A stretch of 64,000 nt of DNA, from positions 232-64,231 of the forward strand of contig JAOMCO010000006.1 in assembly GCA_028345055.1 (NCBI GenBank). The letters are read 5' to 3'. Below are positions 31,457-42,013 of this stretch, piece after piece (positions within the stretch are counted from its first letter, which is position 1; the number at the start of each line of letters is the position of its first letter). The notes under the pieces are model-generated. The model was not told the DNA's origin. It did no database searches and saw only the letters and a program-made list of their open reading frames with translations. The translations under genes and the position numbers were made by a program. This DNA comes from Candidatus Thioglobus sp. GTDB lineage: Bacteria > Pseudomonadota > Gammaproteobacteria > PS1 > Pseudothioglobaceae.

Positions 31457-31777
31457 TCAAGATAGGCATGTATCTTCATTCTCACAGCTAAACAAATAAA
31501 TCTGGCCTTGATTTTCTATTTGTATGCTTTCAATGTTGCAAAAACTAGATGAAGAAAATTTTATGTAATCAGCATTTTGACAAAACTCCTCAATGACTTG
31601 CTGCATATTGTTGACATAAAATTCATCTTTAATAGAATTGAGGTACAGAAATAGAGCGGCAAAGATTGGTATGAGAATAAAAAGAGCTTTCTTCTGCTTT
31701 TGAATAGATATTTGTGTTTGCTCTTCACTCCAAGTACTATCAATTATGGAATAGTTTTCGAGTATGTTATCTTTCAT
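31457..31777 (-). CDS. Hypothetical single-TM protein
   Basis: One TM helix and four Cys in the C-terminal part. Confidence 0.5.
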   Translation of the reverse strand: MKDNILENYSIIDSTWSEEQTQISIQKQKKALFILIPIFAALFLYLNSIKDEFYVNNMQQVIEEFCQNADYIKFSSSSFCNIESIQIENQGQIYLFSCENEDTCLS

Positions 31778-31877
31778 AAAAACGAAGTATATAACTTTTT
31801 AAAGTTCAAAGTTTAAAAACATTAAAAATTCATTAATTCAAGACTTAGAGGCTTGCCTACAAGGGAGTATATATTTT

Positions 31878-32822
31878 TTAAGAGCGCAAACTTGTTTTCA
31901 TCGCTATTGGTTCTTGCTTAACTCCCTCTCGAATAAAAACAAAGAGCCCACTTGCGGTAATAAGTAGCATTCCTAGTAGTGAATAAATATCAGGTATCTC
32001 TTTAAAAATAAAGTAACCATTTCCAATTGCAAAAATTAACATAATATACTCAAAAGGTGCAACAACTGGAGGTGATCCAATTCTGTATGCAGACGTAATT
32101 AAGAGTATTCCAGCACTTCCAATAACCGCAATACTAAGCAGCATCAAAAGTACAGAATTGTTATAAATTGACCAATCTCTGATAAGATATTCTAGATTTT
32201 TAGCCTGAGAGGGTTCAAATTCAATAAATGGAATTATCAACCAAGCACCAAAAGCAAGAACTACAGTTCCTCCATATAGATGAAGCATTTGTTGGAAAAC
32301 ACTTTCTTTTCCGCTTGTATATTTAGCAAGCATCATTGATACAGAGTATGCAAAAGCAGAAATTATAGGCAGTAAAGCAAAGTAATTAAATCCTGCAAGA
32401 CTTGGTTTAATAATAAATAAAACACCAATAAATCCGATAATAATGGCACAAATACGGTAGAAACCAACTTCTGACTTAAACATAAACTTCGATATGATTG
32501 TTATAAATAATGGTGTGACAAAGAATAAGCTTGTTGCCTCTGCAAACTCCATTTTTGATAACGCAAAATAGAAGCATAAGAAACCTGTAAAAAAAAGCAA
32601 AACTCTTAAGATTGCAAGAAATGGAAAAGATGAACTAAAATCGATACGACGCTTAGTTAATTTAAGAAAAATAATAAGTGAAAGGCTACCAACTATTCCA
32701 CGAATAAACATAATTTGAAATAAAGAAGCATATTCTGCAAGCTGACGAACTAAAACATCTTGAATGCTTAAGAAGAACATTCCTATCAATATAAAATAAA
32801 TTCCCTTTCTATCATTGCTCAT
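31878..32822 (-). CDS. DMT/EamA transporter
   Basis: Ten TM segments, with LFFVTPLF, GFIGVLFIIKP and VAPFEY. Confidence 0.9.
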   Translation of the reverse strand: MSNDRKGIYFILIGMFFLSIQDVLVRQLAEYASLFQIMFIRGIVGSLSLIIFLKLTKRRIDFSSSFPFLAILRVLLFFTGFLCFYFALSKMEFAEATSLFFVTPLFITIISKFMFKSEVGFYRICAIIIGFIGVLFIIKPSLAGFNYFALLPIISAFAYSVSMMLAKYTSGKESVFQQMLHLYGGTVVLAFGAWLIIPFIEFEPSQAKNLEYLIRDWSIYNNSVLLMLLSIAVIGSAGILLITSAYRIGSPPVVAPFEYIMLIFAIGNGYFIFKEIPDIYSLLGMLLITASGLFVFIREGVKQEPIAMKTSLRS

Positions 32823-32837
32823 TTAAAACTTCCAAAT

Positions 32838-33986
32838 TTAAGCTAATTTACTGGCATACCAATTAGCAAAGGTTGCAACATTTGACTCCATCAATGATGA
32901 GAATTGCCCCTGAATAGAGGTAGATTTATTAAGACCCTTTTGTTGATTTACTAGCGCCGATATATCTTCATCTAAAGCATCATTGAGGCGCTGATAATAA
33001 GCTTGAGATTTTTCTTTAAAATCAGGTAGCTCTGTTGTATTTTTTGGAAAACAAATACTTTGTCTAACCTGACAGCTTCCTGCGGTAATTGGAGTTGTTT
33101 CATAAACCCAAATTGCTTCGTGACTTGCTGCAAACGTCATATTTGGAAAAACCCAAGTATATCGAGCTCCAAGACTCCAAGGAGTATCTAAATTATCCAT
33201 TTTTGGTAGGGCATCAGATTGCTGATCTTCAAGCAATGCACCTGTGCCAGAAGTTAACCCAAACTGACTTGCGTATTCTCCAGTTGTTTTTTCAGCCACT
33301 TCTGGCTCGTTATAAAGATTATCAATACTGGTTGGATGCACATTATTCAAATGATAGTATTCATTGAAAACATCTAGAAATGCTTTCCAATTGCATTTAA
33401 CCTCAAATGTTTCACGCTTTGTGGTCACTAACTCATCTAGAGACCAAGGATGATGTAATTCGGCAAAATCACCAAGTTGGGAGTCTAAATTTGTAGGTTT
33501 ATCCCCAAGGAAAGCAAACAAAAAACCTTTTACCTCTTTTAGTTTGTATTCAATTAAGGAGTGCTCTGAGAAGTCAAAGTTTGGGTTATCCGACATTTTT
33601 TTAGCATACTTTAAATCTCCACTGAGTGAGTATGTCCAACCGTGGAAAGGGCAGCTAATAGCTTGGCATTGTCCAGAACCGTCCAATAGCTTTGCTCCTC
33701 TATGACGGCAAGTATTTGCATATAGTCTTAATGATTCATTCTGATCACGTATCAAAATTAATTGTTGGCCACAGAGCTCAAATGCTTCGAATTCTCCGGG
33801 AGTTTCTAATCTATCAATCCTTCCAAGTCCAATCCATTGATTGGAAAAAAGTTGTTTTTGTTCTTGAAGCAATATTGAGTCTTCCCAGTAGCACTCAAAA
33901 GGCAGACTTTTTCTTTTATCTACTGGTAATTGACAACATTTAATACGCTCTAATAATTTTGAATCTATCACATTATTTTCAATCAT
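32838..33986 (-). CDS. Rieske non-heme iron oxygenase alpha subunit (choline monooxygenase/CntA/GbcA-like)
   Basis: Rieske NTCRHRG...CPFHGW, mononuclear Fe NWK...EYYHLNNVHP, FPN and ED....QQKGL. Confidence 0.88.
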   Translation of the reverse strand: MIENNVIDSKLLERIKCCQLPVDKRKSLPFECYWEDSILLQEQKQLFSNQWIGLGRIDRLETPGEFEAFELCGQQLILIRDQNESLRLYANTCRHRGAKLLDGSGQCQAISCPFHGWTYSLSGDLKYAKKMSDNPNFDFSEHSLIEYKLKEVKGFLFAFLGDKPTNLDSQLGDFAELHHPWSLDELVTTKRETFEVKCNWKAFLDVFNEYYHLNNVHPTSIDNLYNEPEVAEKTTGEYASQFGLTSGTGALLEDQQSDALPKMDNLDTPWSLGARYTWVFPNMTFAASHEAIWVYETTPITAGSCQVRQSICFPKNTTELPDFKEKSQAYYQRLNDALDEDISALVNQQKGLNKSTSIQGQFSSLMESNVATFANWYASKLA

Positions 33987-34072
33987 TTGATCTTAATATT
34001 TTATTAATAAAACACAACTTATGAACTATATAAAGATGAGTATAACGCCAAAATAAAAGTATCCATCATCTA

Positions 34073-35017
34073 TTAAAGTTTTGGCTCTTGTACTCCCTCA
34101 TTTGGCTTAAGTGAGTTTGCAGCTTTTGCTTCTCGTTGACTGATGTATATCGTTGACATGAATATTATCAAACCTCCAACCCAAGTCCAGGTGCCAGGTA
34201 TTTCTGCAAAAATCATCCAACCTAAAAGAGCAATAATGGGTAGTTTTATGAATCCAATGGGCTCAAGGCTAGTAATTTCAGCCATAACGTAGGACTTAGT
34301 CCAAGAAAAATGTGCTAGTGTTCCTAAAATTGCAATCCCCCAGAGATATAGCCAAGTTTCAAAACTCGGCCACTGCCAAACTGTTATAGCGGGTATAAGA
34401 GTAATTGGAATAAGCATTATCACCATCCACATAATAATTGCTTGAGGCGAATCAGTTATAGTCAATTTTTTAACAATTAAGGCATTAACTGAGAGCGCTA
34501 AAGCTGAAATAATTGCGAGCATGATTCCAAATGAGAAGCCATTAAAACCTGGTTGAACAATGATTAGCATTCCAATTACACCAACAATAATCGCAGCAAT
34601 TCTTCTAGCTTTAATTATTTCACCTAAGAATAAAGTAGCGCCAATTGTTATAAATAGAGGCTGAGAAAAGCTTATTGCAGTAGCCTGTGCAAGTGGGATG
34701 AGAGTTAAGCAGGTAAATCCTGCGATCATTCCAATAGCACCAACAAAACCCCTCATAAAAAATAACCTTGTATTATTCATTTTAATCGCAGCCAGGCCAG
34801 TGGATCTTAATAGCGGCAGCATTAAAATGAAAGCTAGAAGATTTCGAAAAAAAACGACTTCAAGAACATGCAAGTTTTCGGATGCCTTTCTAATAAAGAT
34901 AACCATGATTGAAAACAAAACTATAGATAAAATATTTAAAATTATTGCTTTAGTTTGAGAGCTTTGCAATAAAAAAAATTGAATAATCTGGAGCTTGTTG
35001 AGTTGTTTTTTTAACAA
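34073..35017 (-). CDS. DMT/EamA transporter
   Basis: VVFFRN, ATAISFSQPLF, LFLGE and IFAEIP. Start position uncertain. Confidence 0.88.
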   Translation of the reverse strand: MLKKQLNKLQIIQFFLLQSSQTKAIILNILSIVLFSIMVIFIRKASENLHVLEVVFFRNLLAFILMLPLLRSTGLAAIKMNNTRLFFMRGFVGAIGMIAGFTCLTLIPLAQATAISFSQPLFITIGATLFLGEIIKARRIAAIIVGVIGMLIIVQPGFNGFSFGIMLAIISALALSVNALIVKKLTITDSPQAIIMWMVIMLIPITLIPAITVWQWPSFETWLYLWGIAILGTLAHFSWTKSYVMAEITSLEPIGFIKLPIIALLGWMIFAEIPGTWTWVGGLIIFMSTIYISQREAKAANSLKPNEGVQEPKL

Positions 35018-35118
35018 TTGATAGTCTCTAATTTTTTATAATCAAACTATACCTTAATAAGACTCAAAGTCTGTCAATCTAATTTGATTAAATCATTAGT
35101 CATATATAATATGTCACT

Positions 35119-35460
35119 ATGAAAAATGAGTCAGATGGAAAGGTTTTATTTAACGAAGAGTGCAGTATCTGTAACTTCGAAATCAAGCACTACAAAAAAC
35201 GATCTCAGCTTGAATATGAGAACTGCAGTCAAAAGGGTGACAAATACCTCAAAGCACTTTATGTGGAGTTTCCTGATGGCAGTGAAATAAAGGGAGTGGA
35301 CGCTTTTATTTACGTCTGGAGTCACACTAAAGGCTATGGCTGGCTTGCTAAGCTTGTAGGTTTACCAGTTGTATTCACTTTTGCAAAGCTGCTATATGCC
35401 ATCCTTGCATTTATCCTTTATTGGCGATTTAAATTATTCAATCGTATACTATCTAGTTAA
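35119..35460 (+). CDS. DCC1-like thiol-disulfide oxidoreductase (DUF393)
   Basis: VLFNEECSICNFEI CxxC motif, G.DAF..VW and W.AKL..LP. Confidence 0.8.
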   Translation: MKNESDGKVLFNEECSICNFEIKHYKKRSQLEYENCSQKGDKYLKALYVEFPDGSEIKGVDAFIYVWSHTKGYGWLAKLVGLPVVFTFAKLLYAILAFILYWRFKLFNRILSS

Positions 35461-35478
35461 AGCCTAGATTTATTCATT

Positions 35479-36807
35479 ATGAACCTAAGTTCAACAACGC
35501 TTACTCATAAAAGAGTACTTAGCGTAGCAATTCCAATTGTACTCGCCAATGCCACTATTCCAATTTTAGGAGCTGTAGATACAGCAGTCGTTGGTCAGAT
35601 GGGCCTAGCAGCTCCAATTGGTGCTGTTGGAATTGGTGCTATTATTATTTCAGCTATTTATTGGCTCTTTGGGTTTCTTAGAATGGGAACAACTGGCCTT
35701 ACAGCTCAGGCCATAGGTTCAAATGATAGGCTAGAAACATCTGCTCTTCTTGTAAGAGGAATCCTTATTGGAATATGTGCAGGATTAATTCTAATAATTG
35801 TCCAAATTCCCTTATTTAGTGGTGCTCTTGCATTAGCGCCAGCCTCCTTTGAGGTTGAGTCTTTGGCGCAAGAATATCTAAAAATCAGAGTTTATAGTGC
35901 TCCTGCTGCAATCGCTATATTTGGAATTGCGGGTTGGCTTATTGCTAAAGAGAGAACTCGAGCTGTCTTGGTTCTGATGCTTCTTATCAATACTGTCAAC
36001 ATAGTTTTAGATTTTCTCTTCGTTCTTAAGCTGGGTTGGGGAGTGGAGGGAGTCGCACTCGCAACACTTATTGCTGAGTGGATTGGTCTTCTATTTGGCT
36101 TATGGCTGGCTAGAGAAGGCTTCAAAAAAGGTTACTGGAGGAACTGGGTTCAAATATTTGACAGAGCTCGTCTGATCAAAATGGCCAAAGTCAATAGCGA
36201 TATTTTGATTCGTTCAGTTCTACTAGAGATTGCTTTTGTGAGTTTTTTATTTCTTGGTTCTAGCTTTGATGATGCCACCTTGGCGGCCAATCAAGTGCTT
36301 ATTCAGTTCTTAAACATTACCGCCTATACTATGGATGGTTTTGCTTTTGCAGCTGAGGCGCTGGTTGGTCAGGCACTTGGCTCAAAGAATAGATTAATGT
36401 TTCGAAAGTCAGCCATTATGACCAGTCAATGGGGTTTTGGTTCGGTAATAGTCATGGCAATTATTTTTGCTGTTTTTGGGAGTAATATTATCGATGTTAT
36501 GACTACCGCTGAAGATGTAAGGGAAGTAAGTCGTGAATACTTACCTTGGATGGTTTTAGCGCCTTTAGTAGGTGCAGCAGCCTGGATGCTAGATGGAATT
36601 TTTATAGGCGCAACGAGAACAGCAGATATGCGAAATATGATGTTTATTTCTTTCTGTGTTTATTTGTTAATGCTAGCATTACTTTTGCCTCGATATGAAA
36701 ATCATGGGCTATGGGCTGCACTCATTATTTTTTCAATAGCTAGGGGAGTTACATTAGGTTTTAAGTATCCAAAGCTAGAAGCTTCGGTGGAGAATAAATC
36801 AATCTAA
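35479..36807 (+). CDS. MATE efflux transporter (DinF-like)
   Basis: PILGAVDTAVVG, FGFLRMGTTG, NIVLD, LAANQV and DGFAFAAE. Confidence 0.92.
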   Translation: MNLSSTTLTHKRVLSVAIPIVLANATIPILGAVDTAVVGQMGLAAPIGAVGIGAIIISAIYWLFGFLRMGTTGLTAQAIGSNDRLETSALLVRGILIGICAGLILIIVQIPLFSGALALAPASFEVESLAQEYLKIRVYSAPAAIAIFGIAGWLIAKERTRAVLVLMLLINTVNIVLDFLFVLKLGWGVEGVALATLIAEWIGLLFGLWLAREGFKKGYWRNWVQIFDRARLIKMAKVNSDILIRSVLLEIAFVSFLFLGSSFDDATLAANQVLIQFLNITAYTMDGFAFAAEALVGQALGSKNRLMFRKSAIMTSQWGFGSVIVMAIIFAVFGSNIIDVMTTAEDVREVSREYLPWMVLAPLVGAAAWMLDGIFIGATRTADMRNMMFISFCVYLLMLALLLPRYENHGLWAALIIFSIARGVTLGFKYPKLEASVENKSI

Positions 36808-37677
36808 GTAACCAAATTTACCACTATTAAAATCATCAATAGTTTGTTTAATTTCAGCATTGGTATTCATCACAAATGGACCATAGGAAGCAATCGGCTC
36901 ATCAATTGGCTCACCGCTAAGAACAAGTATTTCTGCTTCATCATCAGCTTTTATTGTAAATCCTTTGCCTTTATTTTTAAAAAGAACAAAGTGATTTGTT
37001 GGTGCTCTCTCAGAATTATTAATGGTTACATTACCCTTAATAATTAAGAGTCCAGTATTGTGGCTTTCTTTAAAGCTTAAGCTAGTCCCTTTTCCCTTAT
37101 TAAGTTTGACATTAAAAAGGCTAAGCGGAGTAAAGGATGAAGCGGGTCCTTTACTTTTTTCAAATTCACCAGCAATAATGTCTATGGATCCGATACCGTT
37201 GCCAAGATCAACTTTAGCTAAATCCTTATTTTCGATATTTTGATACTTTGGCTCCGTCATTTTGTCTTTGGCAGGTAGGTTCACCCAAAGCTGAACCATT
37301 TGCATCTCACCACCTTTTTTTCCAAAGTTTTTCTCATGATACTCCTTGTGAAGTATCCCTTTACCAGAAGTCATCCACTGAACACCACCTTCCTCAATAA
37401 CTCCACCAGCACCTGTGCTGTCGTTATGTTCAACTTTTCCTTTATAAGCAATGGTGACAGTTTCAATACCTCTGTGAGGATGCGAGCCAACCCCTCTTGG
37501 CGCTCCCTCGTTTGGAGGAAAGTAATGAACTGGAGCATAATCCAGTAAAAGAAATGGACTCATACGCTTCATAGTCAAAGGTTCTTTTCTACCTAAGATT
37601 CCATAAACCCTAAAACCGTCGCCTACAAAATGAAGATTGTCTGGTGGAAGAATTGCCTCGATTGCTCTTAATGCCAT
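36799..37677 (-). CDS. Pirin family protein
   Basis: PFLLLD, HPHRGIETVT, VQWMTSGKGILHKE, QLWVNLP and YGPFVMN. Confidence 0.95.
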   Translation of the reverse strand: MALRAIEAILPPDNLHFVGDGFRVYGILGRKEPLTMKRMSPFLLLDYAPVHYFPPNEGAPRGVGSHPHRGIETVTIAYKGKVEHNDSTGAGGVIEEGGVQWMTSGKGILHKEYHEKNFGKKGGEMQMVQLWVNLPAKDKMTEPKYQNIENKDLAKVDLGNGIGSIDIIAGEFEKSKGPASSFTPLSLFNVKLNKGKGTSLSFKESHNTGLLIIKGNVTINNSERAPTNHFVLFKNKGKGFTIKADDEAEILVLSGEPIDEPIASYGPFVMNTNAEIKQTIDDFNSGKFGYLD

Positions 37678-37818
37678 GATATTCGTAAACTAGTTTAAAC
37701 CAATAAATTATAGTTAAATTGGTTAATTTTTGAAATATCAAATAATGAAATTGTTCGTTTTATTATTCGATTGAATTTAATGTTTATACTGATTCTTATT
37801 ATTTGACTATTAGAATTT

Positions 37819-39021
37819 ATGAATAAAAAAATTCTGTTTTTTGTATTTTTTTTCCTTTGCTTTAATTATGCAGCCTTAAGCTCAGCTACCGAGATTTCAA
37901 AAGAGCAGTGTGATAGTCTTTTTCAAGATCAAAAAGTTGTAAAAAATGTTGAGGATTATCTTAATCTTCATGAAGATGCAAATCATAAGGTTAGAGATAA
38001 CAAACTATACTCATATGTTTCAAAATCAGGCAATATTGCAAGAAATGGACCCTTTGCAATATGGCTTTATGATGAGTTAAAACAAATAGCAAAGAACTAT
38101 CGACCTATAAAGTTCAAGAATACTACCCCTCCTTTTGGTGGTAGAATAACTTGGAGTCATTACGAGGAATTTGAGAATGCGCTATGTAAGGCTCATTATG
38201 GCTCTGGAACAATCAGAGATGTAATCATTGCTTCTCATATTTTATGGGGTAGGGGAAACGAGTGGAGCGGTTTTGCAGGCAACTGGGAGAGTTTCCCATA
38301 TATTGAAACAGGAAGAAAAGTAATAGAATCACCAAGCCCTAAGGGCCTAAGTCACTACAAAAAATATATAACAGCTGGAGGAGTCATAATTGTTGGAGGT
38401 AAGAAAGTTCCTGATGAGGCATTCTTAGCCTCATATGATGCTGTAATGTATATGACATCAGAGTGGCCTGGAGTAAGAGATATTCTTAAGCAAAATGAAG
38501 CCCGCATTTCTCTTTTTTATGGGTCATACCGAAATACATCTGTATTACCTGAATATCGAAATGAAAGAGAGCCAGGAGGCTTTGCAATGGGCCTGACTGA
38601 CACCTCTATGACTGCTAATGCGAGCTGGCTATGTTTTCCAGGGAATTGGGATATTGGAGGAAATCCAGTAATTCATGAACTAGTTCATAGCTTGAACCAT
38701 ATTGTATTTGAACTAACAAACGAGACTTATTTTTATGAAAGGATTTATGATTTGGCGCTATCAGCAATTGAGAGAGGAATTTATGGAGACTTTGAACAAT
38801 ACCTTCAGGATGGCCAGGAGCAAGATATGTCTCATCTGGTTGGAGAGTACTGGGCAATATCCGTTGAGGGTTATATTATGAATCGGGGCCCAAGATTTAA
38901 AAGTTCACATTTCACCAGAGAGTGGATAGAGAAAAATGACCCAGAAGTTTATAAACTTATTCAAAGATATTTTCCAAAGAAAGAGTGGAGCTATTGTCCT
39001 GGTGTAGAAAAACATATGTAG
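37819..39021 (+). CDS. Secreted zincin-like metallopeptidase
   Basis: Signal peptide, VIHELVHSL (HExxH), downstream EYWA and ..DP.VY.LI..YF. Confidence 0.7.
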   Translation: MNKKILFFVFFFLCFNYAALSSATEISKEQCDSLFQDQKVVKNVEDYLNLHEDANHKVRDNKLYSYVSKSGNIARNGPFAIWLYDELKQIAKNYRPIKFKNTTPPFGGRITWSHYEEFENALCKAHYGSGTIRDVIIASHILWGRGNEWSGFAGNWESFPYIETGRKVIESPSPKGLSHYKKYITAGGVIIVGGKKVPDEAFLASYDAVMYMTSEWPGVRDILKQNEARISLFYGSYRNTSVLPEYRNEREPGGFAMGLTDTSMTANASWLCFPGNWDIGGNPVIHELVHSLNHIVFELTNETYFYERIYDLALSAIERGIYGDFEQYLQDGQEQDMSHLVGEYWAISVEGYIMNRGPRFKSSHFTREWIEKNDPEVYKLIQRYFPKKEWSYCPGVEKHM

Positions 39022-39049
39022 AAATTGGATGGATTGTTTTAAAAGATGA

Positions 39050-41554
39050 TTGAATATGAACCATAAAAATAAAAACTTATATTTCTTTCTATTAATACCA
39101 ATATTTGTTTCTGGATGTATAGGTGGAAGTGGAGGAAGTTCTTCTGCAGCTGTCGCATCAACTCCAAGCTTTTTAGACTCAGGAACATCTGAAACTTATA
39201 ATTCCACAACTGCAACAACAACAGCTAATTCGATAGAATTTCAAAATTTTAATTACAATGCTACAAGCTCCCAGAATCCTCTAGAGGTTATTAATGCACA
39301 TAAAGCTGTTGGTTATGGCTTAAATGGTTCAGATCAAATCATTGCTATAATGGATACAGGGTTGTCAACTTCACATGCAAAATTTAATGGTAAAACAATA
39401 ACTACTTTTGGGACTTTAGATTCTGCTGATGGATCAAGTGTGTCAAATGATCATGGGTTATTTGTTGCAGGAGTTGCAGCTGCTGCAAGTACTTCTGATG
39501 CTAATACTTTACAAGGTGTAGCTCCAGCGGCTGATTTTCATTTCTCAAGTTATAACAAGATTAATGGAAATACTTACTATCCGACTCACTGGGCAAACGC
39601 CACAGATGATGCAAGTACTGCCGTAGTCCAAAACAATAGCTGGGGAATTAATTATCAGATAGACACACTTAAATCAGATATAAGCTCTAACGGCTGGACA
39701 AACGATTATGGTGTTGCTCAAAAATGGCATTCAAGTGGATACACTGCTAATGAAGCTTCTGCTACTGCTTACATCAATGCATTAAATAATTTCCAAGATC
39801 ATGGTGTCATAGTCTATGCACTTTCGAATACATCATCCTATACAGATGCTGACTTTCAGGCGGCACTTCCAGAGCTTTTCTCTCAGCTTAATGAGGCCTG
39901 GATAACCGCGGTTAATATCGAAATTACAGGTTCATCTGGGAATGAAACTTACACCAGAAAGTCAGCGCCTTGTGGCTCAACTGGAGCATACTGTATGGGT
40001 GCTGATGGTTATGGGGTAAGTGGCCTTAAGGGCGCTCAAGGAAGTACAGGGAGTTATTGGGAGAATGCCAGTGGTGATAATATATCAGGTACATCTTTTG
40101 TAGCCCCTCAAATCTCTGGAGCCGTTGCATTATTGTCCCAAGCATTTCCTAATCATACACCTGCACAATTAACTGATAGGCTGTTGGCATCTGCTGATAA
40201 CTCTTTCTTTAATCATGATGCAGCTGTTACATTTGGTAATGGAGTGAAACATGGCTATGATAATGAGTTTGGACATGGAATACTTGATATTTATGCAGCT
40301 CTTCAGCCAATTACTTCTTCAAGTGATAATAGGTCTTTAAGAGTTTTTACGGGCAATTCCCTAAATGATAATTTAGAACATCAACTTCGGAATTCAAGAC
40401 TAATGACTTCAAGTTCATTTGGAGATTCAATTCAAAGAGGCCTTGTTGGTGAGGTTGGATTTGTATATGACGCTTTAGATGGTGGTTTTCAATATGATAT
40501 AAATTCACAAATAAATTTATCTAATAAGAATGCCCCTTCAGTTAATATTAAAGAGGAACTGAATAAACTTTCAGATTCCATATTGAGTTTGACAACAATA
40601 AAGCCTGATAATTCAATTAGACAAATTGCCGGTAGTTTAGATATTAACGATGAACTTAATGCATCGATTACCGTTGGAGTAAGCTCATTGCCAGTTCAAA
40701 ATTTCTATGATTTAAATAATAATTCAGTTAATTTATTAAATTATCAAATTCCCTATTTGGAGGCTAATGAAGGCGGTGTTGGAGTCAATGCAACTTATCA
40801 ACTTTCGAACTCAAAATTTCTTCTCGGTGCCACGGTCCCAGTTGATCAAAGTAATGGCCAAACCTTAGGCTTAAGAAAGAGTTTAATAGGTTCAGTTGAG
40901 ATTGGAAAACCTGAAAGTCAGTCGCTTACTTTAATGGCAGGATTAACAGAAGATAAGGATAGTTTATTAGGTTCTCAGGGTACAAGTGCTTTTTCTCTAG
41001 ATGGTTCAAAATCTTTAACAAAGTTTGCTGCACTTAAAGCTGAAAAGAGGCTTCATAATAATTTTTCAATTACAGGCATGGCATCATTAGGTAGTACAGA
41101 TATGTCAAGCCCAACTAATAGCTTTGTGGATTCGGCCAGTGATGTTAGGTCATCTAGTGTTGCTTTGATTGCTGATATGAAAAATATAACTAAAGATGAT
41201 AATTTTTCTTTTTCTATTCACCAACCTAACCGAGTAGAAAATGGTTCAATTGCAATCAAAACAGCAAGCTTAGCAGATGCCAATAGAAACATCTCACAAA
41301 CAATTAAGAATATAAATCTTGAATCATCTTCGAGGCAAGTTAATTTTGGAATGTCTTACAGAAAAGATTTATCTGAAAATTTAAACTTTTCACTGAAGCA
41401 CCTGATAACAAAAAATCTTAATCACAGCAATAGTTCAAGTAGACTTCATTCAAGTTATTTAGGAATGGACTATAAAGACCTTAAATTAGGTATTGCAACC
41501 AATCCAAATGATTATTCAATAGAAACACAGATTTCTTATGCGATTTCTTTATAA
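39050..41554 (+). CDS. S8 subtilase, probable lipoprotein with a C-terminal beta-rich domain
   Basis: Lipobox VSGC plus G/S linker. Triad IAIMDTG, DHGLFVAGV and SGTSFVAPQISGA. Also NNSWG and FGHGILD. Confidence 0.88.
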   Translation: MNMNHKNKNLYFFLLIPIFVSGCIGGSGGSSSAAVASTPSFLDSGTSETYNSTTATTTANSIEFQNFNYNATSSQNPLEVINAHKAVGYGLNGSDQIIAIMDTGLSTSHAKFNGKTITTFGTLDSADGSSVSNDHGLFVAGVAAAASTSDANTLQGVAPAADFHFSSYNKINGNTYYPTHWANATDDASTAVVQNNSWGINYQIDTLKSDISSNGWTNDYGVAQKWHSSGYTANEASATAYINALNNFQDHGVIVYALSNTSSYTDADFQAALPELFSQLNEAWITAVNIEITGSSGNETYTRKSAPCGSTGAYCMGADGYGVSGLKGAQGSTGSYWENASGDNISGTSFVAPQISGAVALLSQAFPNHTPAQLTDRLLASADNSFFNHDAAVTFGNGVKHGYDNEFGHGILDIYAALQPITSSSDNRSLRVFTGNSLNDNLEHQLRNSRLMTSSSFGDSIQRGLVGEVGFVYDALDGGFQYDINSQINLSNKNAPSVNIKEELNKLSDSILSLTTIKPDNSIRQIAGSLDINDELNASITVGVSSLPVQNFYDLNNNSVNLLNYQIPYLEANEGGVGVNATYQLSNSKFLLGATVPVDQSNGQTLGLRKSLIGSVEIGKPESQSLTLMAGLTEDKDSLLGSQGTSAFSLDGSKSLTKFAALKAEKRLHNNFSITGMASLGSTDMSSPTNSFVDSASDVRSSSVALIADMKNITKDDNFSFSIHQPNRVENGSIAIKTASLADANRNISQTIKNINLESSSRQVNFGMSYRKDLSENLNFSLKHLITKNLNHSNSSSRLHSSYLGMDYKDLKLGIATNPNDYSIETQISYAISL

Positions 41555-41933
41555 GATTAAAAATGTATTCTTTATCTTGCTGACTTCAATTTTTTTAAGC
41601 TCATGCTCAGTCATTTCTGAAGATCTTTCATGTAAATTTTCTGAAATAGATTGTTATCGTTTTAAGTATACTTCGATTGATCATTTTAGGGATTCAGTTG
41701 AAGATCACTCTTTAAAATGGAGTTTGTCAGACCCTTCGAATGCTCTATCTGGTCAAATTCTGAGTAAAGACTTATCCATTAATTCTTTAGAAGGCTCTGA
41801 GTTTCTTATAGAATCAAATCCAGAAAATATGTTTGTACTGGGCCAGTATTTAATTGATAATCAAAAGCCAAGAGAATGGCTATTTGTTTCAGAACAAGCC
41901 TTCATTAGAAGCTTCAATAACTTAGGTAGATGA
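41538..41933 (+). CDS. Hypothetical lipoprotein
   Basis: Lipobox LSSC. Overlaps the S8 stop. Confidence 0.6.
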   Translation: MRFLYKIKNVFFILLTSIFLSSCSVISEDLSCKFSEIDCYRFKYTSIDHFRDSVEDHSLKWSLSDPSNALSGQILSKDLSINSLEGSEFLIESNPENMFVLGQYLIDNQKPREWLFVSEQAFIRSFNNLGR

Positions 41934-42013
41934 TTTAATAGATTGAAATTTAATAAAGCTTAGTTGCAAATTATTAGTATTTTTTTTCCTCTTTCATAAT
42001 TTAGAATATAGGT

